Below, in pieces: positions 9,251-18,281 of a stretch of 64,000 nt of DNA. Source of the DNA: a virus. Lineage: Duplodnaviria; Caudoviricetes. The stretch lies in the IMG/VR virus record IMGVR_UViG_2848576382_000012, positions 2,793-66,792 of that record, one strand, 5' to 3'. The notes under the pieces are model-generated. The model did no database searches, was not told where the DNA came from, and saw only the letters and a list, made by a program, of their open reading frames with translations. The translations under genes were made by a program, and so were the position numbers. The first letter of the stretch is position 1, and each line of letters opens with the position of its first letter.

Positions 9251-9730
9251 TTAGTAAACCCTATCATCCCAAATGCTATAACCGCTAGTTCCTGCTGAAT
9301 AATGTTGCCATGTTATGCTTTTATATTTAAAAGATACACATTCTAATGGTTGTGCTTCATTATGAGTTAATGAGTTAGGGCAAATTATATCTATGTTGCT
9401 TATAGTGGCATTTGTTATTTTTATACTAAAATATCTAACCAATCCACCATTACTATCTGTTCGGTACATATCAAACACACATTCTAATTCTTCATTATTT
9501 GATATTGCCATACCTAATAATGGCGTTGATTTGTCTATTGGTTTTTTTATTGTGACAGGAAAATGATTTACATTTTGTTCTCTAGATAAAGAGTGGTTTA
9601 ATTCGTAAATATATATCTGATCTTCGCGGCCACATTGATAAATATTTCCAATGGAGTTTTCGGTTGAGCAACCGGAGGATATTAAACCTTGAGTTTTACC
9701 AGTAATCGTCAAATAAATAATATTAGCCAT
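9251..9730 (-). CDS. hcp: Orphan type VI secretion tube protein Hcp/TssD
   Basis: IYLTITGKTQGLISSGCST..SIGN, KPIDKSTPLL, ECVSFKYKSITWQH..AGTSGYSIW. Confidence 0.92.
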   Translation of the reverse strand: MANIIYLTITGKTQGLISSGCSTENSIGNIYQCGREDQIYIYELNHSLSREQNVNHFPVTIKKPIDKSTPLLGMAISNNEELECVFDMYRTDSNGGLVRYFSIKITNATISNIDIICPNSLTHNEAQPLECVSFKYKSITWQHYSAGTSGYSIWDDRVY

Positions 9731-10052
9731 TTCATTTCCTTTGTTGTATTTTTATCCATGATGAAAGTACACGATAATAAATTGGTTTGTCAATGTTGTT
9801 ATTTTATCTTAATGTACGGTTGATAACTATGAAGAGTCTACTTTTTAGAGGTTTGTGTTGCTGTAAGTGAGTATTTAAAGTATGGCGGATTTTTATGGTG
9901 TGAATTATAATTTAAGTAATGATACATATTTATTTATTATCTTTAAACGGAGAGTGTAGATTATTACACGTAAGGTTTCCTCATGAGAAGGTTGGTCATC
10001 TTTATTTTCGTTTTTAGATCGTTATACTTAACTTAATATGATACGACTCGTT

Positions 10053-10117
10053 GTTATTGTGCTACTTAAGAGAAAAAATTAGAAATAAACTATCACCAAC
10101 TTAAATTGGTGATAGTT
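10053..10117. repeat. 65-bp direct repeat, copy 2; its hairpin is the probable terminator of the Gly-rich operon
   Basis: gttattgtgctacttaa...aactatcaccaa-cttaaa-ttggtgatagtt; about 20 bp past the stop codon at 10137. Confidence 0.9.
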
Positions 10118-10136
10118 TATTTGGTTAGTATATAAA

Positions 10137-10559
10137 TTATCCATCATGTCCATCATGTCCATCATGTCCACCATTTGAGCCACCGTGACCACCGTGACCA
10201 CCGTGACCACCATGACCACCATTACCGCCGTCGCCGCCATTTCCTGAGCCACTTCCGTTTCCTCCATTTCCACCATTACCTCCATTAGCTCCCCCATTGC
10301 CGCCATTACCGCCATTTCCGTTGCTTCCGTTTCCGGCGTTACCGCCATTACCGCCATTTCCTGAGTCACTTCCGTTTCCTCCATCTCCCCCATTACTCCC
10401 ATTACTCCCATTACTCCCATTACTCCCATTACTCCCATTTCCGTGTCCTGCTGCGTGAACTGTTGAGGAAAAGATGATGGAAGAGGTATAAATCAGTGAA
10501 GAACAGATAAACATAGATAAAGGTAATAGATATAATAAAAATGATTTTTTCTTTATCAT
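10137..10559 (-). CDS. Secreted Gly/Asn/His-rich repeat protein 4
   Basis: Signal peptide ending VHA; (GSN)5, (GGN)n, (GGH)4, (GHD)3; AAGGAG RBS. Confidence 0.8.
   Translation of the reverse strand: MIKKKSFLLYLLPLSMFICSSLIYTSSIIFSSTVHAAGHGNGSNGSNGSNGSNGSNGGDGGNGSDSGNGGNGGNAGNGSNGNGGNGGNGGANGGNGGNGGNGSGSGNGGDGGNGGHGGHGGHGGHGGSNGGHDGHDGHDG
10389..10439. repeat. In-frame 9-bp tandem repeat (cccattact)x5
   Basis: Direct reading; encodes SNG repeats on the minus strand. Confidence 0.9.
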
Positions 10560-10569
10560 AATTAGCTCC

Positions 10570-10941
10570 TTAAATTACAGTACTATGGTTCCCATCGTGA
10601 CCACCATTGCCACCGTGACCACCATTGCCACCGGATGAATTGTTACCACTTCCTCCGGGGCCGCCATTCCCTCCATTGCCTCCAGGGTTATTGGCACCAT
10701 TACCATTTCCTCCGTTCCCGCCATCTCCACCATTAGAGTTATTACCTGTACCAGCATTTCCTCCGTTCCCTCCGTTTCCTCCAGAATCGCCGTCACCGCC
10801 ATTCCCTCCGTTTCCTCCATTTGCAATGAGAACATAACCGTTATTATGTGACGTATTCTTTACGAATGTATTGGGTGAAGCTGATACTGAGGAGACTGTT
10901 AATGAGCATATAAAGACGAATAATAATTTGTGGTGATTCAT
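10570..10941 (-). CDS. Secreted Gly/Asn-rich repeat protein 3
   Basis: Signal peptide ending VSA; YVLIA then (GGN)n; AAGGAG RBS. Confidence 0.8.
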   Translation of the reverse strand: MNHHKLLFVFICSLTVSSVSASPNTFVKNTSHNNGYVLIANGGNGGNGGDGDSGGNGGNGGNAGTGNNSNGGDGGNGGNGNGANNPGGNGGNGGPGGSGNNSSGGNGGHGGNGGHDGNHSTVI

Positions 10942-10957
10942 AGTGCTCTCCTTCTAC

Positions 10958-11317
10958 TCAATTATTATCACCACTACCACCATCACCTCCGTTACCACCG
11001 GCACCTCCATTAGCTCCTCCATTTCCGCCATTTCCTCCATTCCCACCGCCTGCAGCACCATTCCCACCATTTCCGCCATTTCCGCCGCCTTCAGCACCAT
11101 TCCCACCATTTCCGCCATTGATACAATCACTCCCTGGTATTCCATTCTGACCGTTTTGACCGGTTTCTCCATTTAAATCATCACAATTAATCTGGTTACT
11201 GGTTTTGGCTATTTTTGTTTTCATAGTGGAAGTGGAATGATTTGTGGGTTCAGCTTGTAAGGATAGAAAAGGAAAACCCAATATAGAAACAGCGATAATT
11301 AATTTATATAATTTCAT
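10958..11317 (-). CDS. Secreted Gly/Asn-rich repeat protein 2
   Basis: Signal peptide MKLYKLIIAVSILGFPFLSLQA; two Cys, G-x-x triplets, (GGN)n; start 11317 chosen from GGAG spacing. Confidence 0.8.
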   Translation of the reverse strand: MKLYKLIIAVSILGFPFLSLQAEPTNHSTSTMKTKIAKTSNQINCDDLNGETGQNGQNGIPGSDCINGGNGGNGAEGGGNGGNGGNGAAGGGNGGNGGNGGANGGAGGNGGDGGSGDNN

Positions 11318-11407
11318 TTTATTCATCTCCAAAAAAAATATTAAAAATATGAAATAACGCATCTGGTTAAATTAAAAAAATTAAGCAGATACGTTATTTT
11401 TTTTTAT

Positions 11408-11770
11408 TTAAATATTATGGCCGCCATTTCCACCGCCATTTCCATTTCCTGTCCCATTTCCATTCCCGCTTCCATTTCCATTTCCACTTCCACTTCCACT
11501 ATTACCTCCATCACCTCCGGTGCCACCTGGACCGCCAGGGGAATTATCGCCAGCTCCTCCCGGCCCACCATTTCCACCGTTACCTCCGGGATTTCCTCCA
11601 TTACCATTAATAAGTATATAAGGCAACTTGGTATATTCATGTTTAACAACTAACTTATTAATAGGATATTTATATGATGTTTCAATTGTTTTTGCTACTG
11701 ATATTGTTGGAATTAATGTCAATAGATAAGCTGCGATTATTATTTTGAACTTAGAGTAAGTTATTTTCAT
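11408..11770 (-). CDS. Secreted Gly/Asn-rich repeat protein 1
   Basis: Signal peptide ending SVA; YILIN then GGN/GGP/GN repeats; AAGGA RBS. Confidence 0.8.
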   Translation of the reverse strand: MKITYSKFKIIIAAYLLTLIPTISVAKTIETSYKYPINKLVVKHEYTKLPYILINGNGGNPGGNGGNGGPGGAGDNSPGGPGGTGGDGGNSGSGSGNGNGSGNGNGTGNGNGGGNGGHNI

Positions 11771-12137
11771 AATAAATCCTTATCATCCATTTAATAATGG
11801 ATATTTTATAGTTTATAACGAGAATACTTTAAATTTAATTAATTGTTATTTAATAGCCTATTTCAGCTCATAACAATATTATTCTTTTTGTTTAAACGAA
11901 ACATAAACAAGATAAAAACAAAACATATTTTGTTTTTCCAAATGAAATATCAAAGTTACCGTCTGTGGCTGCTCTAGGTTCGCATTGATGGAGGGGTTAT
12001 GGCGTAGTTGCTAACGAAGATCATGAATATGCTGCGTTAAAACTCGTCAATAATGATCTGAACAATCCTGAAAAATAATACAAATGTGAAGTAAAAAAAT
12101 TTGCTGTGAACGGTCGCCACCCAACCGTGGCGAACAG

Positions 12138-12377
12138 TCACTTATTTTCGTTTTCTTTTAACCAATCATCGACAAGTTTATTGATTAAGTCAGTGATGGA
12201 TGTGCCATTTTTTACGCAAGCGGCCTTAAAGCGTTTATGTTTTTCTTCCCCAAAATTGACGTTTACACGCTTAGTTTTTACTTCTGGCGGCGGTGAAGTA
12301 CCCATCACATGTTCTAGATCTCGATTTTCACCAAAGGTCATTTTTTTAGTGCTACTATGAGCTTTTTCGAGTGCCAT
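12138..12377 (-). CDS. parG: ParG ribbon-helix-helix centromere-binding protein
   Basis: MALEKAH..KKMTFGENRDLE..KRVNVNF.EEKH.RFKAAC..GTSITD closely matches TP228 ParG as recalled. Confidence 0.93.
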   Translation of the reverse strand: MALEKAHSSTKKMTFGENRDLEHVMGTSPPPEVKTKRVNVNFGEEKHKRFKAACVKNGTSITDLINKLVDDWLKENENK

Positions 12378-12429
12378 TTTTATTTCTCCCAAAGAATCAG
12401 CTCATAACATCATATGAGTAAATGAGTAA

Positions 12430-13050
12430 TTACTCAAATAATTTAGTTATTTCTTTGGTCAGAACCTCGATTTCACCTTTTGCCGCGCCATCATTTAATT
12501 CAAATACACTCTCACCATCTAATATTGATTTGACATAAGATTGACGGTTTGTGATTGCTGTACGAAGAAGTTCGACACCGGTCTCTTTTATACTTTCTTT
12601 CAGTATTTTAAGCATTAAGGCGTGTTCTACCTTACGTGTTATCAGGAAACGAGCGTCAACTTTACGACTATACGCTTGTGCTTCCAGTACAGTCACGACA
12701 CTACCCGCAGCAGCAAAATCTAATGGACTTGGTGTGACAGGAATAATGACAAGATCGCTTACCATAACCGCCGCAGACGTGATAACGGATAATGAACCAG
12801 CACCATCAACAATAACAAAGTCATATTCGGCTAAATCTTTTCTGATGCTGTAGACATCCTTTTCAGAAGCCGCCGTGAATACATCGAATACAGCTTTATC
12901 TGATTTGCTCCAGTGCGTTAGGCTCATTTGTGGATCAGTATCGACAACCGCAATATTGAATCCTGCGCGAGTTAGCGCGGTACAGATGTTAATTACGGCT
13001 GTTGTTTTACCTGAGCCACCTTTCGGATTTAGAAAAGAAAGTACTTTCAT
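12430..13050 (-). CDS. parF: ParF (ParA family, type Ib) partition ATPase
   Basis: MKVLSFLNPKGGSGKTT Walker A, VVDTDPQ, VDGAGSLSVITSAAVMVSDLVIIPVTPSPLDF, as in TP228 ParF. Confidence 0.95.
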   Translation of the reverse strand: MKVLSFLNPKGGSGKTTAVINICTALTRAGFNIAVVDTDPQMSLTHWSKSDKAVFDVFTAASEKDVYSIRKDLAEYDFVIVDGAGSLSVITSAAVMVSDLVIIPVTPSPLDFAAAGSVVTVLEAQAYSRKVDARFLITRKVEHALMLKILKESIKETGVELLRTAITNRQSYVKSILDGESVFELNDGAAKGEIEVLTKEITKLFE

Positions 13051-13070
13051 ATTTATACCCTCAAATGTGT

Positions 13071-13280
13071 TTTTACTCATATACACATTTACTCAAATGA
13101 TAAAAGGATTACTTAATAAACACCTTAGTATTTAATAAACAACCTAATCTGTAAAGAAATAAGGTGAGTAAAGGAGTAAAAATGTATAACTTCATATAAG
13201 TAAATGAGCTAATGAGTATAAGAGTAAAAGCTCAAATGAGTATTTGAGTAAAAACTCAAATGAGTGTTTGAGTAAATAAG
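13071..13280. promoter_or_regulatory. parH-like centromere and operator: array of ACTC/GAGT boxes
   Basis: Repeated tgagta/gagt/actc units with roughly 8-bp spacing upstream of parF; ParG is known to bind ACTC boxes. Confidence 0.8.
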
Positions 13281-13434
13281 TTTATAGTTAACTTTTCTAT
13301 ACGCAAAATTCCCATGTGAAATATTCTGATTTCGGAAGTGAAATATGAGAAAGGGTGACAGTTGGGAATACGATATAAAAGTCATTGGTTAAGATATATA
13401 CTTTTAAAAAAACAGGTCTATTGAGGGTGAAAAA

Positions 13435-15417
13435 ATGAGCTGTTGTGAAAATGATCGCACATTAGGTAATCGTCCTATGCGTCGGGGTGAGCCAGGCGAA
13501 TCGGCTTATGAATTTTGGAAAGAACAGCAGCCTCCGGGTTCGGATACATCGCCGTGTGCTTTTGAGAAATTCATGGAAGGGAAGACCGGTGAATCGGCGT
13601 ATGAATTCTGGAAGTCAAGGCAGCTACCCGGAACAGATACGTCAGAGCAAGCCTTTGCTGATTCAATGAAAGGGAAGATAGGCCCAACCGTAGAAGATAA
13701 AATCAGTGCAAAGGATCAATCAATCATCACTCAGCAGACCATTGTCGATGAGACACATAAGACAACGACAATTGGCGTGCAATTATCCGGTAAAAAAGAG
13801 AATGCACTGACTTTAGAAAAGGATGGATTGTTTAGCCCACTAAGTGAGAGCGGAAAATTAGTCTTTGACGCGACCTTTTTTTCAGGAAAGGGAACGCAAA
13901 CCGATCCATATAAAGTTATGATTGATAATTCGCAGACGAATATTTTGGGTTGGAGTCCTAATGGACTTAATGTGCCATTACTTTTTGATTCAAACGCTTT
14001 TAACTTTGTGCAGGGTTATAATGTCCAGCTGAGGATTTCGAAGAAAGCGGGGAATACACTGACTGTAGAAACGGATGGACTCTTTGGTAAAGGGGAGGCC
14101 GTCGTCAGTGCTAAAAAACAAAATATATTATCCAACAAAGATGATGGTCTTTATGTTCCTGAGAAACTGTTTCATCCTCAACAATTTCAGCATTTACCTG
14201 CTAACTCGAAACCTGATGATCCCAGTCTTGTCGCTTTATTGATTTCCTCTAATATTCGCAATGGACTGACATTTACTGACGATGGATTGTATGTAGTTGG
14301 TGTCCCCGAAGAGATACCAAAATATTTGTCTCTTTCCGCAGATGCAGAAGATGGTGATGATGGGGCAATTGCGGCAGACAATGTAGGGGGAGTAGCGCTA
14401 GGTTCAAGTGCACAGGCAACAGCAAAGCAAACTGTTGCTATAGGAACACAAGCAAATTCACAAGAAGATCACGCTGTTTCTGTTGGTGGTTATAGTGTTG
14501 CACGTGAAAATAGTATAGCTATAGGTTATCGTGCCGAAGCACGTCCTAAAGGAAGTGTTGCTATTGGGTATAAAAGTAGGACGAATGACCCTGACACCGT
14601 ATCTATAGGCAATTATGAGGAAGATTTGCAGCGAAGACTCACCAATGTCAAAGCAGGCGTATCGTCTTATGATGCGGTTAATGTGGGGCAGTTACAAAAA
14701 TTGGTGAATGTAAAGGAACTACCTTCAACAAAAGCAAATCCGGTGGATTTTAATACGTTGAAGGGGCCAATGACCTACATTATTTGGGAAGGAGATTACG
14801 ACGCAGAAAAAAATCCGTCACCGCATACCATGAAAAATGCGCCAGATTATGACGACCGTTCAGACAAAATAAAAGTGATTGTCAGTGATAATGGTTCGTA
14901 TCAAATCGCACACATACCAACAGGAGTCGTCATAAGAGATTTTAATAATAGCAATAAGGACTTAATTGATTGGGCGGAACCTTTAACCAGTAATATGGGA
15001 CAGGTTTATAAACAGGATGTTTCAGGGGTTTACTGGGGTGCTTCGAATTATGTTTTCTATAAGGAGAAAGAAGATAAAATCTTCAATGAAGAGGCTGTGA
15101 ATGCGATTTTTTCGGGCTTTAGAAAAGTTAATGCTCAGGCGGATTCAGTAATGGGGAAATTTGGCGGTGGCGTACTAGGTTTTGCAGAAGATGGCCGAGT
15201 AAAATTCTATCTTGATCATACGGAATTAGGAAGCACAACATCACCGGAGTATATATACAGTCTGGCAGCCATTTCTGATAAGTATAAAAATGATCCAGCG
15301 AATATGGGATCAGTCCTTCCCACAGGTGCATCACTAGATGATGTAAGAGAGTTATTAAATTTGGTTACTATGTTGTTGTACGAAGCGAATATGTTCAAAT
15401 TTAAGCCGAGTAAATAG
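13435..15417 (+). CDS. Fibre/adhesin-like protein with YadA head and neck repeats, no signal peptide or beta-barrel anchor
   Basis: GESAYEFW x2; IS-x3-N-x-L-x4-DGL repeats; VALG/VAIG/VSVG/IAIG head repeats; RRLTNVKAG..DAVNVGQL neck. Confidence 0.75.
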   Translation: MSCCENDRTLGNRPMRRGEPGESAYEFWKEQQPPGSDTSPCAFEKFMEGKTGESAYEFWKSRQLPGTDTSEQAFADSMKGKIGPTVEDKISAKDQSIITQQTIVDETHKTTTIGVQLSGKKENALTLEKDGLFSPLSESGKLVFDATFFSGKGTQTDPYKVMIDNSQTNILGWSPNGLNVPLLFDSNAFNFVQGYNVQLRISKKAGNTLTVETDGLFGKGEAVVSAKKQNILSNKDDGLYVPEKLFHPQQFQHLPANSKPDDPSLVALLISSNIRNGLTFTDDGLYVVGVPEEIPKYLSLSADAEDGDDGAIAADNVGGVALGSSAQATAKQTVAIGTQANSQEDHAVSVGGYSVARENSIAIGYRAEARPKGSVAIGYKSRTNDPDTVSIGNYEEDLQRRLTNVKAGVSSYDAVNVGQLQKLVNVKELPSTKANPVDFNTLKGPMTYIIWEGDYDAEKNPSPHTMKNAPDYDDRSDKIKVIVSDNGSYQIAHIPTGVVIRDFNNSNKDLIDWAEPLTSNMGQVYKQDVSGVYWGASNYVFYKEKEDKIFNEEAVNAIFSGFRKVNAQADSVMGKFGGGVLGFAEDGRVKFYLDHTELGSTTSPEYIYSLAAISDKYKNDPANMGSVLPTGASLDDVRELLNLVTMLLYEANMFKFKPSK

Positions 15418-15570
15418 GATCATTCTTTGTTCGTCCCTGATATGTGACCGGTGGTTTATAGGATTTCCCATTATAGTCGGATTGATAAGATTGTGTATTA
15501 TTCGTTTGATTTTTATTGGTAGCACAATCAGTTACTCGAACAGAAAGAGCTTCACTGTCTTTTAATTGAA

Positions 15571-16059
15571 TCATGTTATCCCCCAGGAAGTGTCTTTGAC
15601 TTTAGCGGTATCGTGAGTAAAGCCATCGGGTTGTGAGGCTTGTTTCCAATTCTGGCTCACATGACAATCAGAAATAACCTGTCCTTTTGTGTACGGAATA
15701 GTACTGGATATTTGACAGGAATGATTAACATTATGTCCATCACCAATGATGGTGCCAACGCCTTGTGAGACAGGTTGGTATGTGGTCGGGTTGCGTATTA
15801 CATTGGCAGCACCCACAATAACATACATAAGGGTACAGTTCTCAGCAAACACATTCCCCTCACCCGTTTGATGGGGAGGATGAGGCTTATTATCAGGGAT
15901 AAAATTGAGAGCACAGCCTTTTTGAAAGAGACAACCTTTACCAAAATAACAGGGATTAGAAAAGGAACAACCCGGGGCAAAAATGCAGCCATCGCCAAAT
16001 CGGGTATAACGTGGAAAATTTTGGGCTGATTTAATAATAGTACCGTTAGGGTAGGACAT
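15571..16059 (-). CDS. Hexapeptide-repeat (left-handed beta-helix-like) Cys-rich protein
   Basis: FGDGCI FAPGCS FSNPCY FGKGCL FQKGCA, 6-residue period. Confidence 0.65.
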   Translation of the reverse strand: MSYPNGTIIKSAQNFPRYTRFGDGCIFAPGCSFSNPCYFGKGCLFQKGCALNFIPDNKPHPPHQTGEGNVFAENCTLMYVIVGAANVIRNPTTYQPVSQGVGTIIGDGHNVNHSCQISSTIPYTKGQVISDCHVSQNWKQASQPDGFTHDTAKVKDTSWGIT

Positions 16060-16755
16060 ATGACCTCTGAGGAATCGCGTATGTTTGGTGACAAGCCACT
16101 ACATCTTATGCTGGGGCCAGATGATTTTCCTTTTTCGTTATTTGATGAAGAACAGCATGATCCGCTTTCGGTAATTAGTCAATTAGCGGAAAAACCCTGG
16201 GACGAGACATCAAAATTCTGGTCTGATGAGCGAAAATTTCCTGACAGTGAAAGGTCAAGCCAGGTTATTCATGACCGATTACGCAGTGAGCTGCAGACGA
16301 TGCTGGCGACAGATGTGACATTGGCGCGAGATATCGCCTATTTTGGTGATAATAAAATTAGTCTTATTTGTAAAGCGTATAGCCTGTCTGATGATGATGT
16401 CCTTTTAAAATTGAAAGAGGACGATTTTGCTTTACTGGTCAAAACTTTCCGAAAAGACATGGAGAAGGATGTGAATGGCATGTTGCGTGCCAGAGCGAAA
16501 TTAATGGTGGATGCCCAACTCGATGCCATACACGATTTAGTGATGAATAAGGACACAAGAGATTCGGATCGTGTACGGGCCTTTACCGCAATGGCACAGA
16601 TTGCTGATGCGATACCGCGTAATGAAAAAGGCGATATGATAAGTCCCGGTTCTGCAGCGAATATTGTGTTTAATTTTGGTGATCAGAGTCCATTTTCACC
16701 TAAGTTAAAAGCCGTATCGGAACAGGGAGTTGTGATTGATATGGAGGCGGATTAA
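16060..16755 (+). CDS. Putative terminase small subunit (start may be 16081)
   Basis: Immediately upstream of and overlapping terL; helical body; C-terminal NIVFNFG beta-tail. Confidence 0.55.
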   Translation: MTSEESRMFGDKPLHLMLGPDDFPFSLFDEEQHDPLSVISQLAEKPWDETSKFWSDERKFPDSERSSQVIHDRLRSELQTMLATDVTLARDIAYFGDNKISLICKAYSLSDDDVLLKLKEDDFALLVKTFRKDMEKDVNGMLRARAKLMVDAQLDAIHDLVMNKDTRDSDRVRAFTAMAQIADAIPRNEKGDMISPGSAANIVFNFGDQSPFSPKLKAVSEQGVVIDMEAD

Positions 16756-18281
16756 TGGCGCGTCTGGAAGTAGACTTAAGTTTTGATAAACATCAAACGC
16801 TATTACAGATGCACCGAAGTAGTGCTTATATCCGGGGGGTGATTGGCCCAGCGGGATCAGCAAAAACCACCTATGCCTTTAAAGATTTGGTTATCCGTTC
16901 TCTAATACAGTTACCCGCCAACGCAGACCGTACTCGTTATACCAGATGGGTAGTAATTCGTAATACAAACAAACAATTAAAACGTAACACTTTAGAAACG
17001 TTTAAACTGGCAATGGGTGGCCTCATGAATTACTGTCATGTAGTGGAAAGTCCCAATATTCTGGCAACCTGGCAGATGGATTTACCGGATGGAACACGTA
17101 TTCACAGTGAATGGCAGTTTGCTGCAATGGACAGTGAAGCTGCATTAGGGGATGCGCTGGGGGCAGAAATGACGGGTGTCATGATTGATGAAGCCTCAGA
17201 GATACCCGAAGAAATTGTAGAAATTATTTCAACACGTATTGGACGTTATCCATCTGCTGTCCGTGGCATACCTACCTGGACAGGCATGTTATTTACCACA
17301 AATGGCCCCAAAGAGAGTCATTGGCTTTATACCTGGTCATTACAAAAAAAACCTATCTGGAAAAAAATAGAGCATGAAATTGGTCGTGAGTATTTTGAAC
17401 TGTTCAAACAACCTCCTGCGTTAATACGACCGAAAGATTCGGGCGGCGAGTGGATACCGAATCCGAAAGCAGAAAATATTCATAATCTGGCTGATGGCTA
17501 TAATTATTATTATAAGATGCTGGGAAATTCAGATGATTATATTAGGGCCTATGTTGAAGGGCAGTTTTCACCGCTGAAAACCGGTAAGGTAGTTTTTCCA
17601 GAATTTCGCGTTCCTCTTCATGTTATTTCCCGCAATAGTGTTCGTATTCCTGATGGTGCTCCGGTTTATCTCGCTTTTGACTTCGGACGCACGCCAGTGA
17701 TGCTAATCGGAATTGGTACGAAGACAGGACGGATAGTGATCACCGATGAAGTCATGGGCGAGGCAATGGCCGTATCCACATTATTTGATGGTTATTGCCG
17801 CCCTGTACTCCTGCAGAAATACTCTCGTAATGTTATTGCGGGCGCTTGGGGTGATCCAGCCGGGGCCGATAAGGGACAAGCCGTAGAACTGTCACCCTTC
17901 GGTGTATTGCGACAGCGAAAAATTCCCATCTCAGTTCCGTGGGATACTCGGAATAAAATGGAACCACGTATTGAAGCGGTCAGTCGCCGTTTACGGACAT
18001 TAGACAGTGAGGGGGCACCTATGCTGCAAATATGTGATAACTGTGTCATGACGATTAAGGCCATCGATGATAAGTATATTTATGAAAACATTAAGGGTAA
18101 GACAGATGCCGTCATGGAGACACCCACAAAATCCCATATTGGTTGGGTGTCGGATCTGATGGACGCACTACAGTACTTATGTCTGGGCTATGATGTGGTA
18201 AATGGTCGCAGTGACAATGCACCGGATGAACGGGTAAAACCACGAACTCGGCATCATTTTGTGCGGAGGAAAAGAGCATGA
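16755..18281 (+). CDS. terL: Terminase large subunit
   Basis: Walker A GPAGSAKT, RWVVIRNT, Walker B VMIDE, nuclease AFDFGRTP and SDLMDALQY. Confidence 0.93.
   Translation: MARLEVDLSFDKHQTLLQMHRSSAYIRGVIGPAGSAKTTYAFKDLVIRSLIQLPANADRTRYTRWVVIRNTNKQLKRNTLETFKLAMGGLMNYCHVVESPNILATWQMDLPDGTRIHSEWQFAAMDSEAALGDALGAEMTGVMIDEASEIPEEIVEIISTRIGRYPSAVRGIPTWTGMLFTTNGPKESHWLYTWSLQKKPIWKKIEHEIGREYFELFKQPPALIRPKDSGGEWIPNPKAENIHNLADGYNYYYKMLGNSDDYIRAYVEGQFSPLKTGKVVFPEFRVPLHVISRNSVRIPDGAPVYLAFDFGRTPVMLIGIGTKTGRIVITDEVMGEAMAVSTLFDGYCRPVLLQKYSRNVIAGAWGDPAGADKGQAVELSPFGVLRQRKIPISVPWDTRNKMEPRIEAVSRRLRTLDSEGAPMLQICDNCVMTIKAIDDKYIYENIKGKTDAVMETPTKSHIGWVSDLMDALQYLCLGYDVVNGRSDNAPDERVKPRTRHHFVRRKRA

Noticed and set aside
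10079-11653. Alternative-frame and antisense ORFs over the Gly-rich genes (MGVMGV.., poly-Pro, Ile/Ser/Thr-rich)
   Set aside because: Shadows of the GGN codon repeats; they lack the RBS plus signal peptide seen in the Gly frames
13160-13280. Short repeat array considered as a CRISPR or iteron array
   Set aside because: Units are 4-8 bp with no unique spacers; explained by parH next to parFG; no cas operon
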